A stretch of DNA of 64,000 nt, taken from a candidate division WWE3 bacterium RIFOXYC1_FULL_40_10. Its GTDB lineage: Bacteria > Patescibacteriota > WWE3 > UBA101185 > UBA10185. Each line of letters opens with the position of its first letter. Position 1 is the first letter of the stretch. This document shows positions 1 to 9,709 of this stretch, one piece after another. A program made the position numbers and the translations under genes. Below the pieces are notes generated by a model. It ran no database searches. It was given only the letters and a program-made list of their open reading frames with translations, and was not told the origin of the DNA. The stretch is from positions 69,964 through 133,963 of the forward strand of contig MEWB01000001.1 in assembly GCA_001773215.1 (NCBI GenBank). Direction: 5' to 3'.

Positions 1-72
1 ATTGTGAGTCCTATGGAGTTTAATTCGATTAAAAAAGCACTTTCGGCGAGTTTATAAGGTACAATTAGAAGC

Positions 73-1044
73 ATGGTCTCGAACAAGGAAAAACCAAAAT
101 TTAAACTGTCATTTTTTAGGGAGATTTCCGGGACAATTAGAGCCATTTCGTCACTCATTTTCCTAATTCTAGGTCTCACCCTCACACACGAAGTATTGTT
201 TGGTAATGGACCAATCATAGGTTTTAACACAGTATTGGAGTTAGTAATTGCCAGTGTGGTTGCAGGTTTTGGGTATTTCATTTTTCCCGATCTTTGTATA
301 GCAGTAAAAAACTGGATCGAAGATATTGTTTACAGTGCCGTTCAAGCAATCGTTTCAGACTTTTGGGAACAGCAAAGTAAGAAGATTACCGAAGTTAGAC
401 GTGAGAAACAGTTGAAGAAATCTCAAGAGGAAGCTGAAAAAAAAGTAAAAGACCTCCAAAACGGGGTCGTGCTTGATACCTCAGTTCTTATTGATGGGAG
501 AATATTAGATATAGCTAAAACAGGGTTCCTGGATAAAAACTACATCGTTCCCCAGTGTGTATTAGCGGAATTACACACACTTTCCGATAGTAAAGACAGC
601 ATCAAAAGGCAGAGAGGAAGAAGAGGCCTGGATGTAGCGAATAAGCTCAAAAAATACGGCCAAGTGACCACCATAGATGATGTGTCGAAAGTAGTAGGGG
701 ATGTAGACAAAAAAGTAACCATGTTAGCAAAGGATAAGGGCATTCCTCTAATGACTTTAGATTTCAATTTGAACAAGGTGGCCAGTATTTCCGGTGTGAA
801 GGTGCTTAATATCAATGAGCTGGTGGATGCTATTAAAACTGTTTTACTGCCCGGAGAGAACGTGATTGTTGAAATAGTTAATCAGGGGAAAACAAATAGT
901 CAGGGAATAGGTTATTTAGGGGATGGAACAATGATCGTGGTCGATGGTGCTAGAGATAAAGTAGGGCAGGAGGTAGCGGCAAAGGTTAAAAAAGTAATCC
1001 AGTCTAAAGCAGGCAGGATGATATTCTGCGAGATATCCCAATAA
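73..1044 (+). CDS. PIN-domain plus C-terminal TRAM-domain protein with N-terminal membrane segment (YacL-like architecture)
   Basis: 323-aa ORF. Hydrophobic N-terminus. Central segment GVVLDTSVLIDGRILDIAKTGFL...YIVPQCVLAELHTLSD is PIN-like with a cluster of acidic residues. C-terminal GENVIVEIVNQGKTNSQGIGYLGDGTMIVVDGARDKVGQEVAAKVKKV resembles a TRAM beta-barrel. Confidence 0.7.
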   Translation: MVSNKEKPKFKLSFFREISGTIRAISSLIFLILGLTLTHEVLFGNGPIIGFNTVLELVIASVVAGFGYFIFPDLCIAVKNWIEDIVYSAVQAIVSDFWEQQSKKITEVRREKQLKKSQEEAEKKVKDLQNGVVLDTSVLIDGRILDIAKTGFLDKNYIVPQCVLAELHTLSDSKDSIKRQRGRRGLDVANKLKKYGQVTTIDDVSKVVGDVDKKVTMLAKDKGIPLMTLDFNLNKVASISGVKVLNINELVDAIKTVLLPGENVIVEIVNQGKTNSQGIGYLGDGTMIVVDGARDKVGQEVAAKVKKVIQSKAGRMIFCEISQ

Positions 1045-1070
1045 GTTAAATCTGTATAACTCTATAAAAA

Positions 1071-1118
1071 GAAAAGACGCCCCGCGAGGGGCGACATAGA
1101 GGGCGGCGACCGCAGTTA
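1071..1118 (+). terminator. GC-rich nested hairpin downstream of the PIN-TRAM gene (terminator-like)
   Basis: aaaagacg / GCCCC-GCGA-GGGGC / ... cgtctttt. Outer arms aaaagacg and cgtctttt are complementary, with a T-rich 3' end. Confidence 0.4.
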
Positions 1119-1376
1119 CGTCTTTTCTTGTCCTTTAGCAAGCTAAAGGCCCGGAAGCGAAATGCAGATAATAAAATCTGCAATAAGTCCATGCTTCAGA
1201 GCAGTCGAAACATGTTAGATACTAATTTAGATCTTTTCAAAATATTAACAAGCTATCACCATTGATAGTTTGAAGGTGTTTTATCGCAGTCAACGATAAA
1301 GAAGCCTTCTAAAACAATGTGCGTTAGTGCTTTATATGTATTTACAGCAATATGGTTATATGGTTAAATTAGCTAT

Positions 1377-1529
1377 ATGATAAAAAAAGAAAGTAGTAAG
1401 ATTAAAACGACTCTGCTGTTGGATAGAACTCTTAAAAAACTTGCCCAGCTGCACGCCTTGCAAAACGATAAAACCTTGCAAGAGGTTGTAGAGGAGGGGT
1501 TAAGGAAGGTTTTGGGGGTAGGGAAATAG
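1377..1529 (+). CDS. Small ribbon-helix-helix (CopG/ParD-like) DNA-binding protein, 50 aa (below the ORF-track length cutoff)
   Basis: ATG at 1377 to TAG at 1527-1529. Translation MIKKESSKIKTTLLLDRTLKKLAQLHALQNDKTLQEVVEEGLRKVLGVGK has the beta-strand (TTLLLD) then two-helix pattern of RHH antitoxin/repressor proteins. Palindromes lie upstream. Confidence 0.45.
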   Translation: MIKKESSKIKTTLLLDRTLKKLAQLHALQNDKTLQEVVEEGLRKVLGVGK

Positions 1530-1560
1530 GCGCCACCTGGCTTTATTTGCCTTTAAGGAC

Positions 1561-1589
1561 TTGACGAAGAGCCTATAGGATGGTAGAAT
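1561..1589 (+). promoter_or_regulatory. Sigma70-like promoter TTGACG-17-TAGAAT upstream of the 1653 CDS
   Basis: ttgacg at 1561-1566, a 17-nt spacer, tagaat at 1584-1589. The SD aaggagac precedes the GTG at 1653. Confidence 0.45.
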
Positions 1590-1652
1590 TGTCGCATATA
1601 AATAATCAACTGCGAGGCTCTGCGTCCCGCACTATTTCAAAAGGAGACAAAA

Positions 1653-1994
1653 GTGAACAACTTAGTTTTGGAAGCACAACGAAACAAAATCCTGGCTGAT
1701 GCTGATGCCCAACGGGCAAAAATTCGTCAGCAAGAGGCTGAGGAGTCTGTACTAGCCGAGTTGCACTATGACCTGGCTGAAAAACTCGAGCAGCTCAAAG
1801 ACCTGGTAGGGCAGATCCAGAGCTTGGATCCCACTTTCAAAAGCCCTCTACAGGTTTCTGCCCCAGCCGTTGATCTTTCGCCCTATGAACGGTCAATCGA
1901 CCATGCAAGTGATCAACTGACCGACCTGGTTCCGGTCATGTCCCTCCCACAGCAACAAGATTTCATTGCTTGGGACAATGCCCGCCCGGCCTAG
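1653..1994 (+). CDS. Hypothetical coiled-coil protein (113 aa, GTG start)
   Basis: ORF with SD aaggagac 6 nt upstream. Heptad-rich N-terminus (EAQRNKILADADAQRAKIRQQEAEE). No recognisable family. Confidence 0.5.
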   Translation: MNNLVLEAQRNKILADADAQRAKIRQQEAEESVLAELHYDLAEKLEQLKDLVGQIQSLDPTFKSPLQVSAPAVDLSPYERSIDHASDQLTDLVPVMSLPQQQDFIAWDNARPA

Positions 1995-2177
1995 TTTCAG
2001 TCATCGTTGGGCCTGAGGAAGTATAGTAATTACTCTCTCAGGCCCGTAAGTTCAAGGATTTAACATTTTACATAGGTAGTGTTGAGCCTTTAAACTTACT
2101 TGGTGTAAGTCCAAGAAGAGCAATATTGAAAAAATAATTTGATTCTAGTCTAGTTTTTGAGAAAAAGGAGATAAACA

Positions 2178-3572
2178 ATGGCTGCAAAAGGTTCTGCGGC
2201 GCGAGTTGTTCGCAACGCTAATCAGAACGTACGTCCCCCTGTTGTTCAACAGCAGGCGGTAACTCACCCCGCTCCTGCCGCACCTCAAGGTGCTCGGCAG
2301 ACCAAGTGGTATCAGAAGCTGCCGAAAATCAAGACTACTCCTAGCGGCTCTGGATGCTGGGCTGCTCTGGCCGTCGCTCTAGGCTTTATGGTTCTAGCGG
2401 CAGTGGTTTTCTTTTTTGCCTTCTTCTCCAACCCCGGTAAAAGCAAAGTACCGGCACCGGTTATCGTGAAGACGCAACCGGTTGAGGTTGAGAAGGAAGT
2501 GGTCAAAGTCGGTGAAGGTGAGGAAGATTCGCAGCCAGAATTGGCTGTGGAAGTTGCTTCCTTGACAGGCCAAGCGAAATACGATGCCATCATGAACAAG
2601 TTCGAACGAGTTGATGGTGGTCAGAATCCTCGTGGTTCTAACCTGAACGATGGTTATGAAATCACGATTGGCGCCGGCATGACTGAGATGGTATTTGGGC
2701 ATGGTGTGTTTTCTTTGGCTGATACCGAAATTGAGGCCAAGCAATTCACAGACGCCGAAAATGGCGTTTATGTGGAGAACATTACCGTTATCCACAATGC
2801 CACCGATTCAGAAGTTGTGTACGTGTTGACACGCGAAACAGCGACTGGACTTTCCTATCATCTTCTGAAGGAAGGGGAATCCCTAACTGAGGAGGACGAG
2901 GAATACTTAGCCCGCTGGCCTGTTGGCAGAGCGCCACACTGTGGAATGACGAATCCACCTGGGTGTTCTTTTGTTGTTCTGGGGCACATTCAGATCATTG
3001 AGGAAGGCCGCCTTAAATCGAGCGACTTGCCTACAGGTAAGAAATTCGAGAAACCAATCGATGCAGGTACAGGTGCTATGGCCAGTATCCAGCTTCTGCC
3101 GAAGGCCGAAACTGGTTGGGATAAAGTTTCTGGTAAAGAAGCATACGCCACAGAATACAGAAAGTTGGCACAGCCAGCCGAGGAGTGGCCAGTTGCAGGA
3201 TCTTTGGATCCCATCACGATTGGTGTCACAAAGGATGCTCCTCATTTGGTAGCTACATGGGGTGTAGTTTCGCTTGAGGGCGTGGAAGTAGGTTCGTTGC
3301 CATCGGAGAAGGGTCACTATGTGGCATTTCTTCTGGTAAACGATACCGAAAATACGGTCACATTCCAAGTGACGAAATTCGCAGGGTCGGGATTTCTTCA
3401 CTACGAGTATGGCTATGGTCAAAAACCTAATCCAGATTTTTGGGCGCGGTATCAGATCAATAGGCTTACCTGGGGTGCTGAGTTGGTTTCAAAAGGTACT
3501 GTTTTGATCATCCGCCTTACGGCGACTGGTATTGAAACGGAGACCTTGGAGTTTACTACGGGCTTGCCCTAA
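2178..3572 (+). CDS. Hypothetical membrane-anchored protein (464 aa) with one TM helix and a large C-terminal domain
   Basis: Strong SD (aaaggagataaacaATG). TM segment WAALAVALGFMVLAAVVFFFAFF. GC-rich codon usage unlike its neighbours. No family recognised. Confidence 0.6.
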   Translation: MAAKGSAARVVRNANQNVRPPVVQQQAVTHPAPAAPQGARQTKWYQKLPKIKTTPSGSGCWAALAVALGFMVLAAVVFFFAFFSNPGKSKVPAPVIVKTQPVEVEKEVVKVGEGEEDSQPELAVEVASLTGQAKYDAIMNKFERVDGGQNPRGSNLNDGYEITIGAGMTEMVFGHGVFSLADTEIEAKQFTDAENGVYVENITVIHNATDSEVVYVLTRETATGLSYHLLKEGESLTEEDEEYLARWPVGRAPHCGMTNPPGCSFVVLGHIQIIEEGRLKSSDLPTGKKFEKPIDAGTGAMASIQLLPKAETGWDKVSGKEAYATEYRKLAQPAEEWPVAGSLDPITIGVTKDAPHLVATWGVVSLEGVEVGSLPSEKGHYVAFLLVNDTENTVTFQVTKFAGSGFLHYEYGYGQKPNPDFWARYQINRLTWGAELVSKGTVLIIRLTATGIETETLEFTTGLP

Positions 3573-3594
3573 AGACTCCTGAACATGTTCGCTG

Positions 3595-3642
3595 AGCGGC
3601 ACAAAAAGTTTACCAAAACTTGAGTGCCGCTTTTTCTTTTTC
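3595..3642 (+). terminator. Rho-independent terminator after the 2178-3572 gene
   Basis: Stem agcggcac (3595-3602) pairs with gtgccgct (3624-3631). The loop has its own inner stem. It is followed by ttttctttttc. The ORF-track start at 3624 lies inside this hairpin. Confidence 0.65.
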
Positions 3643-3674
3643 TCCCCTCAAGTATCTGCTATCATTTAATCCAG

Positions 3675-5954
3675 ATGACAAACATAAGGAAATTATTATT
3701 TTCTAAATACGCTTGGCTGGTTTTGTTATTGTGTGTTTTCCACGTAACAATTAACATAGTATGGCATAGATTGAATACAGCACCGCCTACTTGGGATAGT
3801 GCAGGTCATCTAACTTTGTCATTTATACTTAAGGACAGATTTACTTATCTATTTAAAGGTGAGCTATCTCCTGTAGTTATCCTTCAGACTTCTTCATACT
3901 ACCCGCCTTTGATTCATATTCTCGGGTCTGGGGTTATTGCAATTTTCGGCAGACACTATGAGTATCCTATACTTTTAGGAACTGCATTTTTTATAATGGC
4001 AATAATCTACCTATTCAAACTTGTTAATCACTATTTTAAAGACGATAAGTTAGCTTTCTTCACAGTTTTAATATTTTCGTTTTTCCCTCAAATTTGGGAG
4101 CAGAGTAGGCATTTCCATTTAGATATCCCATTGCTTGCCTTTTTGCTGGCTTCTTTTTATCACCTTACAAATTCAGATGTGCTTAAAAAGCCTGGTCACA
4201 CATTGGCATTCTTTTTGTACTTTTCCTTAGCTCAGCTAACAAAGTGGTATGGATTCGTCTATTTAGTAGTTCCCTTCGTTTTTGAGGTTGTGATCAGACT
4301 AGTAAGAACTAAAGATTACTTTAATGTACAAAGGATTGTGAATATTGCATTTGGTGTTTTAATGGTTGTAGTTGTAGCTTTTCCTTGGTATGTGATCAAT
4401 TATAAAACCATACTTGAAACAACTCGTATTTCTTCTACAGCGGACGCAGGAGATCCGGCTTTGGTGTTAAGTTATGAAAGTTTTATACATTATCTCAAAA
4501 TAATGACAAGCCACCAGATAGGCATCCTTTCTGTATTGCTTTTTCTATTGTCACTAAAATATATTAAGAGAGATAAGGACCTCTTTCTATATGTGTGGTA
4601 TTTGTTTCTACTGCCCTACATAACTTTCACTCTAATTCAAAACAAGGATCTTCGGTACATTTTGCCACTGGTCCCGCTTTTTGCCTTTTGTATAGCGTAT
4701 ATGTTTCTTCATTTGTCAAAAAAATTGTATGTGTTTTTAGGTTTAGGATTTTTCTTATTGTATCTTGTGGTTCTGTATGTGTTTTTGGGTTTTAATCAAT
4801 TTCAGAAGTTGGAAGGCAATTATAAAATATTCGGGACCCTCTTTGCCGGTCCATATAGAGATGCCTGGATAACCAGTCCCTGGGATTACTCCTACAATCC
4901 GACAAATTGGAGAGGGGAAGAGATAATAAAGCGAATACAGAGCTTGGCCGATGATGAGGGATTAAGTTACGATCACTATAAAGTGCTAGAGGTATCAGAT
5001 AACAGATTCTACTCAATTGCCTCTTTTGATTTGTATAAGGTGCAGAACTCTTTTCATAATTTAGATCTTGTGGTGCCTTATTTTAGATTTGATCCCTTCA
5101 CGACTGAGGAATTATCCGATTACTTAGTTCCAATACAATTTGCAGTTGTGCCTTCTTATCCAGGGCCTCCCGGTTTAAGAAATATAGCAGTGTTAAATCA
5201 GCTAGTATCATACTTTAACTCTGATCAAAATAAAGACTTTATTAAACTTGAAGACTTTAGTATGCCTGATGGAAACGTTCTTAGTTTGTACCAAAGACGT
5301 ACTTCTGATATCAGTGTGGAAGGCGAACCACCTTCTGATAGTCTGATCTTAAAAATTAATAACATATTAGTTATTGATAGAGAAGGACTGGGGGGAGACA
5401 GTTTCGATGTTGAACTTTATTCAGACGCTGGAGAAGTAGAAAAAATTCATTTTGGGCCAGAAGGAAGTGCTCAAAAACGAATAGCATTATCTGGCATAAA
5501 GGAAATTAAAATATTACTTCCCCCAGATAAAATTTTCGTAGCATATTCATACGGATGGAGGAAGCAGGGTAGTTCAATATATAGGACTTTTGATAGGGCC
5601 AAAAATATTTCTAGCTTTGCCTTACTAAATTCAAAACTGATTTCTGTTGCCAGTGTTCCAAGCGGTGTGCCAAATTTTCCTTTAAATATTGCCTATAAAG
5701 ACACTACTATTGATATCGAGTTAAAAGATACATCTCAATCTTCGTATGTAGCATGGGCTAGCGAAGGCTGGGTGTGGAGTGGGGTAGAGTTAAATAATTT
5801 AAAGACAAAGATTTCCATTCCTATGGAAGGACTTATTCAATTGGAAACCACCAGCCCCGGACAGAAAATTGAGGGGTTTCCTGAGAATTGGGGGATCTTC
5901 CCTTGTTACAGTGGAAAAGCTGTCTGCATGGTTCCTTTGATTGAGGATCTATAA
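3675..5954 (+). CDS. Polytopic GT-C fold glycosyltransferase (PMT/ArnT-like family 39-type) with a C-terminal soluble domain
   Basis: The 776-aa ORF was trimmed to the ATG at 3675 (MTNIRK), downstream of the terminator. It has at least 10 hydrophobic helices in the first ~420 aa. Loop motifs are typical of ArnT/PMT-like enzymes. A large extracytoplasmic C-terminal domain follows. Confidence 0.55.
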   Translation: MTNIRKLLFSKYAWLVLLLCVFHVTINIVWHRLNTAPPTWDSAGHLTLSFILKDRFTYLFKGELSPVVILQTSSYYPPLIHILGSGVIAIFGRHYEYPILLGTAFFIMAIIYLFKLVNHYFKDDKLAFFTVLIFSFFPQIWEQSRHFHLDIPLLAFLLASFYHLTNSDVLKKPGHTLAFFLYFSLAQLTKWYGFVYLVVPFVFEVVIRLVRTKDYFNVQRIVNIAFGVLMVVVVAFPWYVINYKTILETTRISSTADAGDPALVLSYESFIHYLKIMTSHQIGILSVLLFLLSLKYIKRDKDLFLYVWYLFLLPYITFTLIQNKDLRYILPLVPLFAFCIAYMFLHLSKKLYVFLGLGFFLLYLVVLYVFLGFNQFQKLEGNYKIFGTLFAGPYRDAWITSPWDYSYNPTNWRGEEIIKRIQSLADDEGLSYDHYKVLEVSDNRFYSIASFDLYKVQNSFHNLDLVVPYFRFDPFTTEELSDYLVPIQFAVVPSYPGPPGLRNIAVLNQLVSYFNSDQNKDFIKLEDFSMPDGNVLSLYQRRTSDISVEGEPPSDSLILKINNILVIDREGLGGDSFDVELYSDAGEVEKIHFGPEGSAQKRIALSGIKEIKILLPPDKIFVAYSYGWRKQGSSIYRTFDRAKNISSFALLNSKLISVASVPSGVPNFPLNIAYKDTTIDIELKDTSQSSYVAWASEGWVWSGVELNNLKTKISIPMEGLIQLETTSPGQKIEGFPENWGIFPCYSGKAVCMVPLIEDL

Positions 5955-5976
5955 GTAAGTTATACTTTACATCATT

Positions 5977-8900
5977 ATGCTACCCAGTATTAAAGCTAAA
6001 GTTTTGAAAAGCGTGTTTCCAGCCATTCTAGTACTAGTAACTCTAATTGTTTGTAAGCAGAATTATACTCGAGATACATATCTAACAGGCTGGGATACGT
6101 TGCATCCTGAATTTAACTTTAAGCTTTACTGGTCCAGAATAATAGACGGTGTTTGGCAAGAACACCAAGGGTTAGGTGCTGTTGCATCTCAAGCACATGC
6201 TTCCGAAATTCCAAGAATAATAATTCTGCAGGTGTTTGATTTTTTCCTTCCAACGAATCAACTCCGCTATGCTTACGCGTTTTTGATGTTAGTTTTGGGG
6301 CCTTTGGGTGTGTATGCTTTCTTGTATTTTTGTCTACTTGATAGGAAAAGTACTCTCCCCAGGGCAATGGGAGCCTTTTTAGGAGGTCTTTTTTATTTAT
6401 TTAACTTAGGAACCGTGCAACATTTTTATGTACCACTGGAGATGTTTCTAACCCATTATGGTTTCCTAGGTTGGGTTTTTTTGTCGGCTTCTCTGTATTT
6501 TCAAACAGGTAGAAAAAAACATTTGGTATTATTTCTGCTGTTTTCTATATTTATTATTCCTCAAGCTCATACATCTACCTTGTTTTATTCTTATATCTTG
6601 CTTCTAACTGCCTATCTTGGAGTATTTGGGATAAGTTCTGTTCGTGATAAAGGTATTAAAGTGTCTTTATCTAGATTTGGAATTATTATTCTCTATACAT
6701 TATCGCTAAATTCTTTCTGGCTCTTTCCGAATTTATATTTTGCGGTTAATCATGGAAGGGAGATACAGCAATCCAAAATACACATGCTATTTTCTGAAGA
6801 AGCTTTCCTACAGAACAAGGCCTATGGAAACATAAACGACGTGGCTATAGTTAAAAATTTCTTATTCAATTGGGGTGAATATGTTGGATCCAACCAGTTC
6901 GGGGAATTGCTGGGCGAGTGGAGAACTCACCTTTTACAGAAACATGTTGTAAATATAGGATATGCTCTCTTCATTTTCGTACTACTGGGAGGTATTTTGG
7001 GATCAATAAAGAAAGATACAAAGATAATAGGTCTCTTGGTAGGTGTACTAATGTTATCAGTGTTTTTTCTACTCAATGTAAATCCTCCTTTGGGATTTTT
7101 GTTTAAGTGGATGCAAAGTAATATTCCTTTGTTTAAGGAAGCTTTTAGATTTCCATTTACCAAATTCTCAATAGGTCTTATTTTGGCATACAGCTGTCTA
7201 TTTGGATACTTATTAGGAAATATTTATTCTTCACTTGAGAAATTTTGGACAGGAAGATTCGTTATTTATTTAATAATGTCTTTGTTTATCACTCTGACTT
7301 TCTCCGGAGCCATTGTATATTATGCATTTCCTTTAATAAAAGGCAATTTAATTAGCTCTTCCATGCGGGTATCCATTCCTTCCAGATACTTTAATATGTT
7401 TGATTTTTTCAGCCAACAAAAGCTCTACGGAAGAGTTGCTGATTTTCCAATACATAGCTTCTGGGGATGGACTTATCATTCCTGGGACTCTAGGGGATTG
7501 GGATATCAAGGGGCAGGGTTTTTGTGGTTTGGTATTAAGCAACCTTTGTTAAATAGGGAGTTTGATAGATGGAACATTATTAACGAAAATTATTATCGAG
7601 AGATGACCAAGGCAGTCTATTCCGAGGATGCAGCTGCTTTTGAAAAGGTGTTGAATAAGTATGATATCAGGTGGCTATTAGTTGATGATAGTATCATTGC
7701 TCCTGGGGTAGATCCCAAAGTTTTATTCAAAGAAGAATTGCAAAGTATTATTTCTAGTATGAGTAGTATCCGTATGGCCCAAGACTTTGGCCAAGGGCTA
7801 AAAGTTTATGAATATACACCGACCAAAAATTTTTCCTTAGTGTCTGAAACTAAAGAATACTATATTTCAAATTACAGTACGTATAAAGAGTTTACAGACC
7901 CCGTATACGAGAATTATGGTGATTATGTAAGTATCGCAGAGAATAATTACCCAGGCATTGGAATAACTAACTCGGATGAGAGTGTGTTTGATGGTTTGAT
8001 TGAAGATAAAGAGGATAAATATGTACTTAATTTCGGAAAGCCCGATGATAGCTTGTATTATAAGTATTTTACTATTTACGGGAGGAGAGAACTTAATACT
8101 TTGGTACTAGATATAACCAGGCCTGATGGTGATCCGCGAAGTGTGCTTGAGAGTAGGAAAGTAACATTGGTGGTGGACAAGCATCCAATTCTTAAAGTAA
8201 ATGGTTCGGCGGTTGGAATAAGTGATATGACTAAAGATGAAAAATTGTTAGAAGGTGTTGAGATGAGGAAGAATGAGACACTAAATTTTGATATTCAATA
8301 CGCAGAGTTGAAGTCCATTTCTATTAATGACTCCCATAAGGTGCTCGAATCATGTAGCGATTATAGAGGAGCGGCTGCTTATGCAATTCGCTACGAAACT
8401 AACGGGTTTTCATTGGTAGGAAGAAATGTCGATGCATGCGTAACTGCACCACTGCGACAATATATACCAGAGTATGCCAAAGATGTTGTGCTTACTTATA
8501 AAGTTGCAAGTAGTGGGTCAACAGGTATGGTGTGCGTTTTTAATTCCATTTCTGGTCTTTGTGAAGGTCAAAATTTGTCGGATGGTTCGTATTTCGTAAA
8601 AATAAGTGGGGATCCTGATGATTACTACTTGCGATTTATATCTAATACCCTCACTTCAAGTTCTGAGGAAAGTGTAAGGTTTTTCGATATCCAGATAGGG
8701 GAATCGACTCTGGATTCAAGCTTTATTATTAATCCACTACTTAGTACAGGGTCTTCTTTTGTGGTAGTACCTAAAAATGAGGACAAGGAACTGGCGGATT
8801 TTGTAAGTAGCCCTCGTATTTGTAATTCGGGAAGTACTAGCTTTGAGAACTCGACAGTTCAGAAGCACCCAGATGGAACTATCACTTACGATTCTACTAA

Positions 8901-9483
8901 TGAGTCGGTATGTGATTCTTTCCATTTTCCAGCCATCTCACATAAAAGTGGTGCACTTCTTGAGATTGAGAGCCGCAATATCTCCGGGATGCCTCTTAGA
9001 GTTTGTGTAACCAATGAAATTACAAAGAGGTGCGATTTATATGTTTCTCTAGGAGAATCTTCTCAATATAAGAAAAAATTTTATATTATCCCTCCGCTTG
9101 ATGAAGGTACCGGTTATACCGTGAATATTAGTAATCTGACATTTGGAAATACTAGAGCTGTTAATGAGTTGAAGTATATAAATATGACAGAACTCCCTTA
9201 CAATTATATTAAGAATATGGGAACTAGCCCGGATAAAGGCACAGGTACCCTAATAGAGTATAGTGAGGCCTATGAACCAGGATGGGTGGCAGTGTGCGGA
9301 TGGAGACTATGCCCGGCAGAACATGTCAAGGTAAATAATTGGTCGAATGGGTGGGTTTTTGAGGGAACGGTTGATTTGAGTAAGATACGAATGTATTTTT
9401 GGCCTCAAGCTCTTGAATATTTAGGTTTCATCTTATCAGGACTCAGTATTGCTAGCCTCTTAAATAGGAAGAAAAAAAAGTAG
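5977..9483 (+). CDS. Large polytopic membrane protein, YfhO-like / GT-C-like (1168 aa) with a C-terminal TM anchor
   Basis: Many N-terminal TM helices over ~450 aa, then a long soluble region, then a final TM (YLGFILSGLSIASLL) with a KKKK tail. This topology matches the YfhO family. Confidence 0.5.
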   Translation: MLPSIKAKVLKSVFPAILVLVTLIVCKQNYTRDTYLTGWDTLHPEFNFKLYWSRIIDGVWQEHQGLGAVASQAHASEIPRIIILQVFDFFLPTNQLRYAYAFLMLVLGPLGVYAFLYFCLLDRKSTLPRAMGAFLGGLFYLFNLGTVQHFYVPLEMFLTHYGFLGWVFLSASLYFQTGRKKHLVLFLLFSIFIIPQAHTSTLFYSYILLLTAYLGVFGISSVRDKGIKVSLSRFGIIILYTLSLNSFWLFPNLYFAVNHGREIQQSKIHMLFSEEAFLQNKAYGNINDVAIVKNFLFNWGEYVGSNQFGELLGEWRTHLLQKHVVNIGYALFIFVLLGGILGSIKKDTKIIGLLVGVLMLSVFFLLNVNPPLGFLFKWMQSNIPLFKEAFRFPFTKFSIGLILAYSCLFGYLLGNIYSSLEKFWTGRFVIYLIMSLFITLTFSGAIVYYAFPLIKGNLISSSMRVSIPSRYFNMFDFFSQQKLYGRVADFPIHSFWGWTYHSWDSRGLGYQGAGFLWFGIKQPLLNREFDRWNIINENYYREMTKAVYSEDAAAFEKVLNKYDIRWLLVDDSIIAPGVDPKVLFKEELQSIISSMSSIRMAQDFGQGLKVYEYTPTKNFSLVSETKEYYISNYSTYKEFTDPVYENYGDYVSIAENNYPGIGITNSDESVFDGLIEDKEDKYVLNFGKPDDSLYYKYFTIYGRRELNTLVLDITRPDGDPRSVLESRKVTLVVDKHPILKVNGSAVGISDMTKDEKLLEGVEMRKNETLNFDIQYAELKSISINDSHKVLESCSDYRGAAAYAIRYETNGFSLVGRNVDACVTAPLRQYIPEYAKDVVLTYKVASSGSTGMVCVFNSISGLCEGQNLSDGSYFVKISGDPDDYYLRFISNTLTSSSEESVRFFDIQIGESTLDSSFIINPLLSTGSSFVVVPKNEDKELADFVSSPRICNSGSTSFENSTVQKHPDGTITYDSTNESVCDSFHFPAISHKSGALLEIESRNISGMPLRVCVTNEITKRCDLYVSLGESSQYKKKFYIIPPLDEGTGYTVNISNLTFGNTRAVNELKYINMTELPYNYIKNMGTSPDKGTGTLIEYSEAYEPGWVAVCGWRLCPAEHVKVNNWSNGWVFEGTVDLSKIRMYFWPQALEYLGFILSGLSIASLLNRKKKK

Positions 9484-9511
9484 CTTCCGGGGCTTATTAG
9501 ACCCATAGGGC

Positions 9512-9540
9512 TTGACAACGGTCCCCAAATACCCTATAAT
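9512..9540 (+). promoter_or_regulatory. Consensus sigma70 promoter TTGACA-17-TATAAT upstream of the LPXTG protein gene
   Basis: ttgaca at 9512-9517, an exact 17-nt spacer, tataat at 9535-9540. Confidence 0.6.
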
Positions 9541-9709
9541 ATAGCTATTAAAAGGCTTCGTATAGGCCTTTTTATGATATATAGTGAAAAAAGTCCACCA
9601 GGCTTATTTCCTTATATGACGCCCTTTGTGGCGTGGTAATAAATTGAATACTGTCACATGCAGGTATGCCCATTTAGTGGTTCACACCACGGTAATTGAG
9701 CTTTCTTGT

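Noticed and set aside
540-815. 91-aa minus-strand ORF inside the PIN-TRAM gene
   Set aside because: Fully nested antisense to a convincingly coding region. No RBS. Spurious.
1140-1185. CCGGAAG...GCAGAU string resembling the conserved domain-IV motif of SRP (4.5S) RNA
   Set aside because: The flanking sequence cannot form the required helix 8. The sequence after the GGAA tetraloop is not complementary to the 5' strand. Treated as chance similarity.
3624-3674. ORF-track start codons at 3624 (GT-C gene) and 12571 (LysM-M23 gene)
   Set aside because: Both lie inside the stem/loop of intrinsic terminators for the upstream genes. The downstream ATGs (3675, 12607) were used instead.
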